Of a stretch of DNA of 64,000 bases, positions 47,299 through 62,986 are shown piece by piece. The first letter of the stretch is position 1, and each line of letters begins with the position of its first letter. The notes under the pieces are model-generated. The model was not told the origin of the DNA. It was given only the letters and a program-made list of their open reading frames with translations, and made no database searches. A program made the position numbers and the translations under genes. The stretch is from Candidatus Binatia bacterium (GTDB lineage: Bacteria > Desulfobacterota > Binatia > UBA9968 > JAJDTQ01). The stretch covers positions 2,272,001 through 2,336,000 of the forward strand of contig OY762897.2 of NCBI GenBank assembly GCA_963666515.2. The letters run 5' to 3'.

Positions 47299-49008
47299 AT
47301 GAAACGAGCTTCCCTGGTCCCCTACTTCCTCGCCTCGGTCCTGCTGCTCCTGGGGCTCTTCTCGCTCTACGTGTTCTACGAGAGCCGCTGGCTGGAGGAG
47401 GAGCTGGTGCGCCAGGTGGAGGTCAAGGCGCTGGCCCTGACCAGGACCATGGAGACCAGCGCGAAGAAGTCCATCAAGGGCAACGCGCTGATCGAGGAAC
47501 TGGTCCGGCGGCGCCTGCTGGACAACGCGCGCCTCATCGACCGGCTGCTGACCGCCAACCCTCCAGCGCGCCTGGTGCAACGCATCAGCGCCATCAACGA
47601 CCTCTACCGGGTCGAACTCCTGGACCTCCAGGGCCGCCCCTGGGTGTCGCACACCGGGACCGAGCCGCCCGGGATCGGCGACCTCCTGGCCGGGTTTCGG
47701 GAACGGTGGTCGGGGCGCAAGGCCGAGGTGCACAACTGGGGCAAGCTCTGGTCGCAGTTTCCGGGCCAGCCGCCGCCCCTTCCCCAACACAAGTTCTGGG
47801 AGGACAGCGTCTTCGGGATAGCCCTGGAAGCCCGGAGCTTTCCCGGGTACATCGCGGTCCACGCGGACGCCTCCTACATGCTCAAGCTGCAGCGCGAGAT
47901 CGGCGTTCAGCGCCAGATCGAGGACCTGGGGCGGCAGGACGACATCCACCACCTCGCGCTGCTGGACAACGACCTCACCGTGCTCGCCCACACGGACCCC
48001 GCGCTGACCGGCGTCCGCATGGTGGATGACTTGGCCGCCAGGGCGCGGGCCACCGAGCGTTCGGCGCACCGCATCGTGGAGACGGACGGCGGCGGCCGGC
48101 GTTACGAGGTGGTCAAGCCCATCACGCTGGACGACGATCCCATGGGGTTCCTGCGCATCGGCCTGTCCATGGACGCCGTGGACGCCGCGTGGTGGCAGAG
48201 CCTCCGGTCCATGGTGTGGCTGGGGTGCGGCATCCTGGCCCTGGGCATGCTGGGGTTTACGGCGATCCTGTACAACCAGCGGTTCCACATGCAGGAGATC
48301 AAGGCCCTGGAGGCGGAAGTGGACCGCCGGGAGCACCTCTCGATGATGGGCAACCTGGCGGCCACCGTGGCCCACGAGGTCCGCAACCCGCTCAACGCCA
48401 TCTCCATGGGCCTGCAACGCCTCAAGGGGGAATTCAAGCCGACCCGGGACGAGAGCGAGTACAGCCGCTTCATCGAGCTGATGCGCGGGGAGGTTCACCG
48501 CCTGAACGCCATCGTGGAGGAGTTCCTGACCCTGGCGCGTCCGCTGAACATGAAGCCCGACCTGGTCAAGGTCGACCAGTTGCTGAACGAGCTGACCACG
48601 CTGACTCAAGGCGACGCCGAGGCGTCCGGGGTGGACATCCGGGTGGTGGGCCACGGCCCTCGGCCGGTGGTGAAGGCCGACCCGGACTATCTCAAGCAGG
48701 TGTTGCTGAACCTCATCCTCAACGGTCTCCAGGCCATGCCCGAGGGCGGCACCCTGACCATCGAGACCACGACCCGTGACGGCAGGATGCGGCTCGCGGT
48801 CAGCGACACCGGCGTGGGCATCCAGCCGGAGAACCTCGCGCGCATCTTCGAGCCCTACTTCACCACCAAGACCGACGGCTCCGGGCTGGGCCTGGCCATC
48901 GCGCGCAGGATCGTCGAGGGCCACGGCGGAACCATCGACGTGACCAGCAGGACGGGCAGCGGCAGCCGGTTCGAGATCGTTCTCCCGTTGGACCACGCCT
49001 TCGCGTAG
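47299..49008 (+). CDS. membrane sensor histidine kinase (ZraS/AtoS-like)
   Basis: Two TM helices, AHEVRNPL H-box, N/G1/F/G2 boxes. Confidence 0.92.
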   Translation: MKRASLVPYFLASVLLLLGLFSLYVFYESRWLEEELVRQVEVKALALTRTMETSAKKSIKGNALIEELVRRRLLDNARLIDRLLTANPPARLVQRISAINDLYRVELLDLQGRPWVSHTGTEPPGIGDLLAGFRERWSGRKAEVHNWGKLWSQFPGQPPPLPQHKFWEDSVFGIALEARSFPGYIAVHADASYMLKLQREIGVQRQIEDLGRQDDIHHLALLDNDLTVLAHTDPALTGVRMVDDLAARARATERSAHRIVETDGGGRRYEVVKPITLDDDPMGFLRIGLSMDAVDAAWWQSLRSMVWLGCGILALGMLGFTAILYNQRFHMQEIKALEAEVDRREHLSMMGNLAATVAHEVRNPLNAISMGLQRLKGEFKPTRDESEYSRFIELMRGEVHRLNAIVEEFLTLARPLNMKPDLVKVDQLLNELTTLTQGDAEASGVDIRVVGHGPRPVVKADPDYLKQVLLNLILNGLQAMPEGGTLTIETTTRDGRMRLAVSDTGVGIQPENLARIFEPYFTTKTDGSGLGLAIARRIVEGHGGTIDVTSRTGSGSRFEIVLPLDHAFA

Positions 49009-49073
49009 GACCCGTGGAGCGCGCGGGGGGAACGGCGATCCGAGCCCCGAAGCGCAGGCGCTACGAAAACGAC

Positions 49074-50498
<1,425 letters not shown>

Positions 50499-50534
50499 CC
50501 CCGCCCCAAGCCCGTAACGCGCGTAACTTGGTGC

Positions 50535-50563
50535 TTGACAACGGATATTCCTGATGATACTTT
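50535..50563 (+). promoter_or_regulatory. sigma-70 promoter of sigma factor gene
   Basis: TTGACA-17 bp-TACTTT. Confidence 0.6.
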
Positions 50564-50812
50564 AGGCTGTTGCTGATTTCCCTCAAGGACCGTTGCTCAG
50601 TCGTTGCTCGATCCGGGCGGGTTCGCAGGGACTATCCCAACACAACTACAAAACGTGCCTGTTCCGCAACTCCTCCGGTCATGCTCCAGGAGCGTCAACG
50701 GTTTTGCAAGGGTTGCGGATTTTTTCAACTACCGGATTGTTGGTTTGCCGGGTGCTTCAAGGGAGCTTCACCCCTTTGAGCGACGGCGTGATGAATCATT
50801 GTGGAAGCCGAA

Positions 50813-52327
50813 ATGATGGAGAGAGCCTTGAACATCGAAGACACCGAGGATGCGATGGACGACTCAATCGACGAGCTTGACGACGTTGCCATAAACGAGG
50901 TCGAGGACGAAGAGCAGCCTGCATCCTTTTCCGAGGAGTCCGCGCCGAGCCACGTCCCGGTGGACAGCGACCGGGTGGACGAAAAGACCGACCCGGTGTC
51001 GCTCTATCTTCGCGACATCGGCTCGACGCCCCTGTTGACGAGGGAACGCGAGGTCCAGCTCGGAATGCAGATGGAGCAGGGGCAGGAAGAGTACATCGAC
51101 AGCGTCATCGCCTCGCCGTTCACCGTTCGGCAGGTGCTCGATCTGGCCGAGGAGATCAAGAGGAACGAGACGCCGCTGGATCGGGTGCTGATGGCCGGCG
51201 ACGACGGTGAAGCGTTCGACGAGGCCATCGAACGCCGCCGGTTTCTCAAGGGCGTCACGGTGCTGCGGGGCCTGGTCCGGGAGCAGAAGCGCATACAGGC
51301 GGAACTGGGCCGCAAAAGGACTTCCCAGAAGCGCCGGGTCACGCTGGAAGCCGATCTCGCCAAGAAGCAGACCCGCATCATCGACGCGGTGAAGGCGTTG
51401 CGGCTGTCCAAGGAATGGATCGACGACATCGGCGCCAACCTCAAGGAGTCGCACCGTACCGTCGTCAAGCTGCAGGCGCAGGCCCGCAGTCACACCCGCG
51501 GCAACGCCGCCAAGCAGATCGCCGCCGAAATCACGGCCATCGAGGAGGCCCACGAATCGTCCGCCGAGGACCTCGCGCGTCAGGTGGAAGCCATCACCGA
51601 AGCCGAGCTCAAGGCCTCTTCGGCGAAGAAGATCCTCATCGAGGCCAACCTGCGGCTGGTGGTGAGCCTGGCGAAGAAGTACGGCAACCGCGGCCTCCAG
51701 TTCCTCGACCTGATCCAGGAAGGGAACGTGGGTCTCATGCGGGCGGCGGAAAAGTTCGACTACCGGCTGGGCTACCGGTTCTCGACCTACGCGGGCTGGT
51801 GGATCCGGCAGAGCATCACCCGGGGCATCATCGACTCCGCGCCGACCATACGCATCCCGGTGCACATGATCGAGACCCGCAACAAGCTCATCCGCGCGCA
51901 CCGCTCGCTTCACCGCAAGCTCGGCAGGGACCCGCAGCCGGACGAGGTCGCCGCGGAGATGGGGCTGACCACCGAGGAGATCCGCCGGCTGATGCGCATC
52001 GTTAAGGAGCCGGTCTCACTGGAAACCCCCATGGGCGACGACGAGGAGAGCCGGCTCGGCGACTTCGTGGAGGACAAGCACATCCCGAAGCCGCTGGAGC
52101 AGACGATTCACGCCAACCTGCGCGACAGGGTCAAGAAGTACCTGGCCACGCTGCCGCCGAGGGAGGAGGCCGTGTTGCGGTTCCGCTTCGGCATCGGCGA
52201 GGTGCGGGACTACACCCTCGAGGAACTGGGGGAGCGCTTCTCGCTCACCAGGGAGCGCATTCGCCAGATCGAGCAGCGCGCCTTGAGAAAGCTTCGGACC
52301 GCGGTCGGACCGGACCTTCAGGACTAA
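50813..52327 (+). CDS. RpoD/RpoS-like sigma-70 factor lacking region 1.1
   Basis: Region 1.2 [31 protein letters not shown], region 4 [15 protein letters not shown]. Confidence 0.9.
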   Translation: MMERALNIEDTEDAMDDSIDELDDVAINEVEDEEQPASFSEESAPSHVPVDSDRVDEKTDPVSLYLRDIGSTPLLTREREVQLGMQMEQGQEEYIDSVIASPFTVRQVLDLAEEIKRNETPLDRVLMAGDDGEAFDEAIERRRFLKGVTVLRGLVREQKRIQAELGRKRTSQKRRVTLEADLAKKQTRIIDAVKALRLSKEWIDDIGANLKESHRTVVKLQAQARSHTRGNAAKQIAAEITAIEEAHESSAEDLARQVEAITEAELKASSAKKILIEANLRLVVSLAKKYGNRGLQFLDLIQEGNVGLMRAAEKFDYRLGYRFSTYAGWWIRQSITRGIIDSAPTIRIPVHMIETRNKLIRAHRSLHRKLGRDPQPDEVAAEMGLTTEEIRRLMRIVKEPVSLETPMGDDEESRLGDFVEDKHIPKPLEQTIHANLRDRVKKYLATLPPREEAVLRFRFGIGEVRDYTLEELGERFSLTRERIRQIEQRALRKLRTAVGPDLQD

Positions 52328-52380
52328 GCCTCGTCAGAGCGACCGCATAGGCACGCAGGGGGCAGGTTTGATACCCGCCC

Positions 52381-52761
52381 CTATAGCTCTTCCTCCTCCA
52401 ACTGCGCAGGCGGCCCCGCCCGGTGGGTCTTCACCTCGCCGCGCCGCCGCCGCGCGTACTCCTGCACGCGCCGCCTAGCGGCATCGAATGCGTCGCGGAT
52501 GGCCACGTGAACGTCGTGGTGCGCCGCGGCCTGGCTGTTGTCGCGGTTCACCACCAGCTCACCGCCCGGCACCGTCAGGTCGATGCGGACGTTGTAGAGC
52601 CTGCCCTTGTGATGGTGACGGTGCGGCGCGGCCACCACCACCCGGCAACTCGTGATGCGGTCATAGAACTGATCGAGCTTCGCCGCCTTGTCGCGAACCG
52701 CCCGCTCGATGCCGCGAGAGGGTTCCACGTCGCGAAAGGTCACTTGCACTTCGAGTTTCAT
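52381..52761 (-). CDS. HPF/RaiA family ribosome-associated protein
   Basis: QVTFRDV, ITSCRVVV..PHRHHHKG, AIRDAFDAARR. Confidence 0.85.
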   Translation of the reverse strand: MKLEVQVTFRDVEPSRGIERAVRDKAAKLDQFYDRITSCRVVVAAPHRHHHKGRLYNVRIDLTVPGGELVVNRDNSQAAAHHDVHVAIRDAFDAARRRVQEYARRRRGEVKTHRAGPPAQLEEEEL

Positions 52762-52867
52762 CGGCCCCCCTTTTGATCCCTTCTCCTTTTCTATAATCTT
52801 CGGCGATGGTGCGTCAATTGCCTGAAAGCCTCTGCCGGGGAAGCCGTCTCCGCGGGCAAGGACTTCC

Positions 52868-55846
52868 ATGAGCGGGCGCAGCCTCACGGGGTTCCCGCCT
52901 TCGGAGCGGCGCCGGCTGCAACGCCTGGCGCAATCGGCGCCGTCTCCGGACGCCGCGCTGGTGCAGCTCGGTCGGCTCGTGGAAACCGCCGGCCGCGCGC
53001 CTCTGGCGGACCTCGCGCCGGCCGAGCTGCGGCTCCTGCTCCGGGTCCTCGGCGGCAGCGCCTACCTCGGCGACATCCTCATCGGCGAAGGCGCGTCGTG
53101 GGCGGAGACCTTCACCCAAGCCATAAGGACGGGACCCAGGACGGCCGCCGGCCATGCCGCGGCGTTCGGCCGGGTCCCCCGGCAGGAGACCCCGGCGCGG
53201 TTCTACCGCAGGCTTCGGCGTCACAAGCGGCGGGAGTTCCTGCGCATCGGCGCCCGCGACCTCGGGTCGCTGGCGCCGGTGGAAGAAACCATGGGGGAGC
53301 TGACGACCCTCGCGGACTTCGCGCTGGACGCAGCCTGCCGGTTCTGCCGGGCGGACCTGGAACGGCGGCACGGCCGGGTGAGGCTTCCGGGCGCCTCGCG
53401 GGACAACCGCTTCGTCGTGCTCGGCATGGGCAAGCTCGGCGGTCGGGAGCTCAACTTCAGCTCGGACATCGACCTCATCTACCTTTACGAGACCGATGAG
53501 CCGGCGCGCCGCGGCGCCGTCCCGCCCACGGAATTTTTCGGCCAGCTCGCGGAACGCCTGACCCAGGCCATGGGCGAGGTGACCGAGGACGGCCTGGTGT
53601 TCCGCACCGACCTGCGGCTTCGGCCGATGGGGAGCCAGGGACCCGCGGCGCAACCGGTGGCCGCGGCCCTGCTCTACTACGAGTCCTGGGGGCTGTGCTG
53701 GGAGCGGGCGGCCCTGATCAAGGCGAGGCCCGTGGCCGGGGACCTGGAGTTGGGCGAGGCGTTTCTGGACGACGTGAGGCCGTTCGTCTACCGCCGTTAC
53801 CTGGACTTTTCCACGGTGGAGGAGCTGCGCGACATGAAGACGCGCATCGAGCGGCAACAGCTCGCCGACGGCGACGGCCGGAAGCGGAACCTCAAGCTCG
53901 GTCACGGAGGCATCCGCGAGGTCGAGTTCTTTACCCAGGCCCTGCAGCTCGTGAACGGCGGCTACGACCCGCACATCCGCAAGCGGGGCACGCTGGACGC
54001 CCTGGCGGAGCTGGCCCGGCACGGCTACGTGCCGGCGACGGAGAGCGAGGCGCTGAGCGCCGCCTACCGGTTCCTTCGCGACGCGGAGCACAAGCTCCAG
54101 ATATTCGCCCACCAGCAGACCCACGCGATCCCCCGCGAAGCAGACCGGGAACGCGCCCTGGCGCGGCGGCTGGGCTACATCCGCGAGCCCGGCGGGGAGG
54201 CCGGCGCCTTCTGGGCGGACTACCGGAGGCACACGGAAGCCGTCCACGCGGCCTTCGAGCGGCTCTTCTACAGCGCGCGGAAGGAGTTCTCGGCCGAGGG
54301 AGACCTCCAAGTCTGGCAAGACCTGGAGCAGCGGGAACGGGTCATCGGGGAGCTGGAAGAACGCGGCTTCCCGGACGCCGCCAAGACCTACGGCGACCTG
54401 CTGGCGGTTCGGGACGGCAGCGGCGCCACGCCCCCCGGCCCCAGGCGCCGCAAGGTCATGCGGGACCTCATGCCGGCGCTGATGAGGACCATCCTGGACT
54501 CCGCGGAACCGCAGCAGGCGCTGCACCACATGGCCGAGTTCGGCCGCCGCATCGGCGCCCGCACCGGGTTCCTGTCACTGCTGGCGGAGAACCCCGGCAC
54601 CACGCGCCTGCTCATCGATCTGTTCGCCAACAGCCGCTTCCTGTCGGTGCTGTTCGTGAACCGGCCCGAGTTGCTCGACAGCCTGATCCGGGTGGACCTC
54701 ACCCGCGTCGCCAAGACCCGGGCCGAGATGCTGGACGAGCTGAACGCATCCATCGCGGAAGCCGCGGACGTCGAGGACGGCCTCGACCGCCTGAGACGCT
54801 ACCGCACCGAGGAGTTCATCCGGCTGGGCCTCCACGATCTCGGCGGCGAGCTGGGCTTCGCCGAAGCCGTCGCGCAACTGACCGGACTGGCGGAGGCCTG
54901 TCTGGAGGCGGCCCTGGGCTTGGCGCGGAGCGAAACGGACCGCCGGCACGGCGCCCTGGAGGCCGGGCGCTTCGCGGTGCTGGCCATGGGCAAGCTCGGC
55001 GAGGCGCAGCTCGAATACAACTCCGACCTCGACCTCATCTTCCTTTACGACGGTCCCGATGGCGTCGAGACCCGCGGCGGCCTCAGCGCCCACGAGTACG
55101 ACGTGCAACTGGGGCAGCGGCTCATCACCTGTCTTTCAGCGCCGACCGCGGAAGGCATCGCCTATCAGCTCGACATGCGGTTGCGCCCCTCGGGACGGTC
55201 CGGCCCGCTGGTCTCCTCCATCGAAGCGTTCCGGCGCTACCACGAGACCAGCTCGCAGTTGTGGGAACGGCAGGCGCTGATCCGGGCTCGTTTCGTGGCC
55301 GGTGACGCACGGCTCGGCGCCGAGGCCGAGGCCATCGCCGAACGCTTCGCATACCAGGACAACTTCAGCGACGAGGATCTGGCCGAGATCGACCGGCTGC
55401 GCATGCGCATGGAGCGGGAGCTGGCGCGGGAGGACGGCTCCCGCTTCGACGTGAAGACCGGGCGGGGCGGGTTGATCGACGTGGAGTTCCTGGTGCAGAT
55501 GCTGCAACTGCGCTTCGGGCACGAACATGCCGCGCTGCGCCAACGGGACACCCTCGGCGCGGCCGCGGCCCTTCGGGAACTGCGCCTTCTCGGGGCTCGG
55601 GACCACCGGACCCTGGCAGAGGGCTATGCGTTCCTGCGCCGCCTAGGCCACCGCCTGCGGATCGAGCGCGACCACGACACCCACGTTCTCGAACGCGAGC
55701 CCGGCAAGCTTCGGGCCGTGGCGCTGGCTCTGGGCTATGAAGAAAAGGGCCGCAGGTCTGCGGGCGCGGCGCTGCTGCGGGACTACGAGAAACGCCGGGA
55801 GCGCATCCGGGCGTGCTACGACAGGTTCTTTTCGGGCGGCGGGTGA
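52868..55846 (+). CDS. glnE: bifunctional glutamine synthetase adenylyltransferase/adenylyl-removing enzyme
   Basis: Two nucleotidyltransferase repeats (GMGKLGGRELNFSSDIDL; AMGKLG..YNSDLDL), GGIREVEF, GGLIDVEF. Confidence 0.95.
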   Translation: MSGRSLTGFPPSERRRLQRLAQSAPSPDAALVQLGRLVETAGRAPLADLAPAELRLLLRVLGGSAYLGDILIGEGASWAETFTQAIRTGPRTAAGHAAAFGRVPRQETPARFYRRLRRHKRREFLRIGARDLGSLAPVEETMGELTTLADFALDAACRFCRADLERRHGRVRLPGASRDNRFVVLGMGKLGGRELNFSSDIDLIYLYETDEPARRGAVPPTEFFGQLAERLTQAMGEVTEDGLVFRTDLRLRPMGSQGPAAQPVAAALLYYESWGLCWERAALIKARPVAGDLELGEAFLDDVRPFVYRRYLDFSTVEELRDMKTRIERQQLADGDGRKRNLKLGHGGIREVEFFTQALQLVNGGYDPHIRKRGTLDALAELARHGYVPATESEALSAAYRFLRDAEHKLQIFAHQQTHAIPREADRERALARRLGYIREPGGEAGAFWADYRRHTEAVHAAFERLFYSARKEFSAEGDLQVWQDLEQRERVIGELEERGFPDAAKTYGDLLAVRDGSGATPPGPRRRKVMRDLMPALMRTILDSAEPQQALHHMAEFGRRIGARTGFLSLLAENPGTTRLLIDLFANSRFLSVLFVNRPELLDSLIRVDLTRVAKTRAEMLDELNASIAEAADVEDGLDRLRRYRTEEFIRLGLHDLGGELGFAEAVAQLTGLAEACLEAALGLARSETDRRHGALEAGRFAVLAMGKLGEAQLEYNSDLDLIFLYDGPDGVETRGGLSAHEYDVQLGQRLITCLSAPTAEGIAYQLDMRLRPSGRSGPLVSSIEAFRRYHETSSQLWERQALIRARFVAGDARLGAEAEAIAERFAYQDNFSDEDLAEIDRLRMRMERELAREDGSRFDVKTGRGGLIDVEFLVQMLQLRFGHEHAALRQRDTLGAAAALRELRLLGARDHRTLAEGYAFLRRLGHRLRIERDHDTHVLEREPGKLRAVALALGYEEKGRRSAGAALLRDYEKRRERIRACYDRFFSGGG

Positions 55847-55864
55847 CCCTTCGACTTCGCTCCG

Positions 55865-57291
<1,427 letters not shown>

Positions 57292-57438
57292 TCAGTAACA
57301 CGGAAACCGGCAGCCATCAAGGTGAACCTTTCCCGAACGCCTCCGTCAAGGGCAACTGGCAACGATGCGGCCAATACCGTACAATGAGGAACGGGTCAGC
57401 CGTTGCCCCCCACGGCGCCACGGACACCGGGAGACTTC

Positions 57439-58842
57439 ATGCCCAACCCAGGAACCGACGACAATCCCCTCCGAGTCGCCATCATAGGCTCGGGGCCGGC
57501 AGGCTTCTACGTCGTCGAACGGTTGTTTCGCGAGCAGGGACTGAGCGTCGAGATCGACATGTTCGACGAGTTGGCGACTCCGTTCGGTCTGGTTCGGGGA
57601 GGCGTGGCTCCGGACCATCAGAAGATCAAGTCGGTGGCGCGGGTCTATGACCGCAACGCCCGGAAACCCAATTTCCGCTTCTACGGCAACGTCAGCTACG
57701 GCCGGGACATCCACCTGAGCGACCTCGAGGACTGCTACCACCAGGTCTGCTTCACCACCGGCGCCCAGACCGACCGCAGTCTCGGCATTCCCGGCGAGGA
57801 CCTCCGGGGCAGCCACGCCGCCACCGAGTTCGTGGCGTGGTACAACGGGCACCCCGATTTCCGTGACCGCCGCTTCGACCTGTCCGGCGAGAACGCCGCG
57901 GTCATCGGCGTCGGCAACGTCGCCATCGACGTGGCCCGCATCCTGTGCCGGAGCTACGAGGAGCTGGCCGTCACCGACATCGCGGACTACGCGCTGGAGG
58001 CGCTGCGCCAGAGCAGCATCCGCAACGTCTACCTCATCGGCCGCCGGGGCCCGGCCCAGGCCGCTTTCACGAACCCCGAGATCAAGGAGATGGGGGAGCT
58101 GGCCGACGCCGACGTGGAGATCCTCCCCGAAGAGGCCAAGCTCGATGACCTCAGCCGGGCGTACGTGGAAGCGCACCCGGACAAGGCTCTGCTCCGCAAG
58201 ATCGAGATCCTCCAGAGCTACGCCGGCCGGCCGCCCACCGGCAAATCGCGCCGGCTCAGCATCCGCTTCCTGCTGTCGCCGGCGGAGATCATCGGCGACG
58301 CCGAAGGCCGGGTACGCGCCCTCCGCTTGACCAGGAACGAACTCCACGCCGACAACGGCTCCCTGCGGCCGCGCGCCACGAACGAGCACGAAACCATCCC
58401 CGCGGAAATCGTCTTCCGGTCCGTGGGCTACCTCGGCGTGGCCCTGCCCGATGTCCCCTTCGACGAACGGCAGGGAGTGATCCCCAACGACCGAGGGCGG
58501 GTGCTGGCGGGAGCGGGCAAGGATCCGCTCACCGGCCTCTACGCTTCCGGATGGATCAAACGGGGACCCACCGGCGTCATCGGCACCAACAAGCCCGATG
58601 CCGCGGAAACCGTCGAACGCATGCTGGAGGACCTACAAGCCGGCGCCACCCTGCATCCCGGCCGCCCCGGCGTGGCCGCAGCCGAGGCGCTGGTGCGGGA
58701 GCGCCAGCCCGACTACGTTTCCTACGACGACTGGCTCCGTCTCGATGACATCGAGACCGCCCGCGGCAAGAAGCATGGACGCCCGCGGGTCAAGCTCACC
58801 CGCACCGAGGACATGCTCGCGGCGCTGAGGGCAGCGGACTAG
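57439..58842 (+). CDS. ferredoxin--NADP+ reductase (FprA/adrenodoxin reductase type)
   Basis: GSGPAG, GLVRGGVAPDH, GVGNVAIDVAR, GWIKRGPTGVIGTNK. Confidence 0.9.
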   Translation: MPNPGTDDNPLRVAIIGSGPAGFYVVERLFREQGLSVEIDMFDELATPFGLVRGGVAPDHQKIKSVARVYDRNARKPNFRFYGNVSYGRDIHLSDLEDCYHQVCFTTGAQTDRSLGIPGEDLRGSHAATEFVAWYNGHPDFRDRRFDLSGENAAVIGVGNVAIDVARILCRSYEELAVTDIADYALEALRQSSIRNVYLIGRRGPAQAAFTNPEIKEMGELADADVEILPEEAKLDDLSRAYVEAHPDKALLRKIEILQSYAGRPPTGKSRRLSIRFLLSPAEIIGDAEGRVRALRLTRNELHADNGSLRPRATNEHETIPAEIVFRSVGYLGVALPDVPFDERQGVIPNDRGRVLAGAGKDPLTGLYASGWIKRGPTGVIGTNKPDAAETVERMLEDLQAGATLHPGRPGVAAAEALVRERQPDYVSYDDWLRLDDIETARGKKHGRPRVKLTRTEDMLAALRAAD

Positions 58843-58913
58843 GAGCACAGGCCCGCCCGAATCCGGATGGCCATTCCGATCCAACCGTCATCCCGGGCAT
58901 TCATGTCATGAAA

Positions 58914-59034
58914 TCACCCCGGGCTTGACTCGGGGTGACGTTTTCCGTCATTCCGGGCTTGACCCGGAATCCAGACGTCCGTTTTCTGGACCCCGGATCA
59001 GGTCCGGGGTGACGGTGCGGGGGTCCGGGGTGAC
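58914..59034. repeat. cluster of REP-like palindromes between convergent genes
   Basis: tcaccccggg..ctcggggtga; cgtcattccgggcttgacccggaatccag...ctggaccccggatcaggtccggggtgacg; gtccggggtgacg repeated. Confidence 0.75.
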
Positions 59035-59056
59035 GATCGGCCCTGCCGCGAGGTTC

Positions 59057-59752
59057 CTAGTCGTTTCCGAGCAGCGCCGCGGCAGCACGGTCTGCGATCA
59101 CCACCGCGGCGTGGGAGGCGACGCGGCCTGCGGGAATGGCGGCATCCCCTTCGCGCAACCGCGCCAGCATCTTCCGCTTGTCGTCGCCGGTCACCACCCA
59201 GAGGATCTGCCGCGCACTGTCCAGGACCGGATAGGTCAAGGTCATGCGCCGCCGTCCCTGGTAGGTATCGGTCACGGCCACCGGGACGTCGCGGACATCC
59301 AACTCCGGCGCGCCCGGAACCAGGGAGGCAGTGTGACCGTCCGGTCCCAGGCCGAGGTGCGCCAGATCGAGCCGGTCGGACGGTTCCGTCAGCCGGCGGA
59401 GGGTGCCGGCGTATTCCCGTGCCGCGGCGTCGAGATCGTCCGTCTCCACCGGCATGGCGTGTATCTGCGCGGATCCGAGTGGCGCGTGTTTCAGGCTTTC
59501 CCGCAGATGCGTGAGGTTCCGGTCCGGGTGCCCCTCCGGGGCCACGCGCTCGTCCACCTGCACGATCTCCACCGCCTGCCAGGGAACGTCTTCCTTCGCC
59601 AACGCGCGCAGCATGACCCAAGGGGTACGGCCGCCGCTCACGGCGAAGACGAACCGGCCGCGGGCGCTCACCGCCGCGCGCGCGGCGTCGGCGATGAAGG
59701 CCGCGGCGCGGTGCGCCACCGACTCCGCATCGGGAAGCACCTCGATGTTCAT
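59057..59752 (-). CDS. pgl: 6-phosphogluconolactonase
   Basis: SGGRTP, VDERV, LGLGPDGHTASL, RMTLT. Confidence 0.92.
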   Translation of the reverse strand: MNIEVLPDAESVAHRAAAFIADAARAAVSARGRFVFAVSGGRTPWVMLRALAKEDVPWQAVEIVQVDERVAPEGHPDRNLTHLRESLKHAPLGSAQIHAMPVETDDLDAAAREYAGTLRRLTEPSDRLDLAHLGLGPDGHTASLVPGAPELDVRDVPVAVTDTYQGRRRMTLTYPVLDSARQILWVVTGDDKRKMLARLREGDAAIPAGRVASHAAVVIADRAAAALLGND

Positions 59753-59808
59753 GAGCGTGTCAAGAGATTCGCGATCCAGGGCGCATGGCCAAAACCGCAG
59801 CCCTCTCG

Positions 59809-60828
59809 CTATTTCTTGCCGGGCAGCTCCTCGTGGCCGCCGAACTGGAAGCGCATGGCCGAGAGCAGCTTGTCGGCGTAGTCGGCCTCGCCGCGGGAGC
59901 TGAAGCGCTCGAACAGGGCGGCGGTGAGGACGTGGGCGGGCACCGCCTCGTCCACCGCGGCCTGGATGGTCCAGCGCCCTTCCCCGGAATCGGACACCCG
60001 CCCCGCGAACCGCTCCAACCCCGGGTCGTCCAGCAGCGCGTTGGCGGTGAGGTCCAGCAGCCAGGACGCCACCACGCTGCCGCGGCGCCACAGCTCCGCC
60101 ACCTCACCCACGTCGAAGTCGTACTGGTAGTGCTCCGGGTGCCGCAAAGGCGTCTGCTCCGCGCTGGCCTCGTGGCCCTGCTTGCCGACGTTGGCGTGCT
60201 TCAGGATGTTGAAGCCCTCGGCGTAGGCCGCCATGATGCCGTACTCGATGCCGTTGTGGATCATCTTGACGAAGTGTCCGGCGCCGTTGGGGCCGCAGTG
60301 CAGGTAGCCGTGCTCCGCGGTGCCCTTGCCCGGCTCCCGCCCCGGCGTGCGCGGCGCCTCGTCGATGCTGGGCGCCAGCGCCGCGAAGATCGGATCGAGG
60401 TGCTGCACCACGCCCGGCTCGCCGCCGATCATCTGGCAGTAGCCCCGCTCCAGGCCCCACACGCCGCCGCTGGTGCCCACGTCCACGTAGTGGAGGCCCC
60501 GGGGCGCCAGCTCCCTGGCGCGCCGGATGTCGTCGATGTAGTAGGAATTGCCGCCGTCGATGAGGATGTCGTCTTGCTCCAGACGGTCCACGAAGGACTC
60601 GATGGTCCGGTCCACCACCGCCGCGGGCACCATCATCCACACCGCCCGGGGCTTCTCCAGTTTCGCCACCAGCTCCTCCAGCGAGCCGCTCCCCACCGCG
60701 CCCTCCTCCGCCAGTCCCCGGACCGCGTCGGCGTGCATGTCGAAGGCCACCACCTCGTGCCCGGCCTTGATCAGCCGCCGCGCCATGTTGCCGCCCATCC
60801 TTCCCAAACCGATGATGCCCAACTGCAT
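59809..60828 (-). CDS. gnd: decarboxylating 6-phosphogluconate dehydrogenase (short type)
   Basis: GLGRMG, DGGNS, SGGVWG, HFVKMIHNGIEYG, DSGEGRW, FGGH; AAGGAGG RBS. Confidence 0.93.
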   Translation of the reverse strand: MQLGIIGLGRMGGNMARRLIKAGHEVVAFDMHADAVRGLAEEGAVGSGSLEELVAKLEKPRAVWMMVPAAVVDRTIESFVDRLEQDDILIDGGNSYYIDDIRRARELAPRGLHYVDVGTSGGVWGLERGYCQMIGGEPGVVQHLDPIFAALAPSIDEAPRTPGREPGKGTAEHGYLHCGPNGAGHFVKMIHNGIEYGIMAAYAEGFNILKHANVGKQGHEASAEQTPLRHPEHYQYDFDVGEVAELWRRGSVVASWLLDLTANALLDDPGLERFAGRVSDSGEGRWTIQAAVDEAVPAHVLTAALFERFSSRGEADYADKLLSAMRFQFGGHEELPGKK

Positions 60829-61042
60829 GCGAACCTCCTTGGACAAGGTCCTTGCCTGGGAGCCCGTCCGAGTAGTCGAATTTCAGGGGGCGACCCGCGG
60901 TCGCCCTGGTGTCCTGCCAACTGTTTCATCTTAGCACACCAACCTTTCCAGCAGGACACGGTGCACGACCGCGGCCTCCCCGCGAGCACGACGGGCGGAC
61001 ACGATAGTATTACCCTTGGGGATACGATAGATTGACCGCGCA

Positions 61043-62881
<1,839 letters not shown>

Positions 62882-62986
62882 GCCGGGTTGCGGCAACTCC
62901 TGGATTCACGTAAAGACCAGCCGGAAACCACAGCAGGGGTACGTGAAACGCGGCCCCGAGCCCATCGGGAAGAACGGAGGAAGACC

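Noticed and set aside
58914-59034. Possible CRISPR array
   Set aside because: Palindromic units without regular unique spacers and no cas genes; REP-like instead
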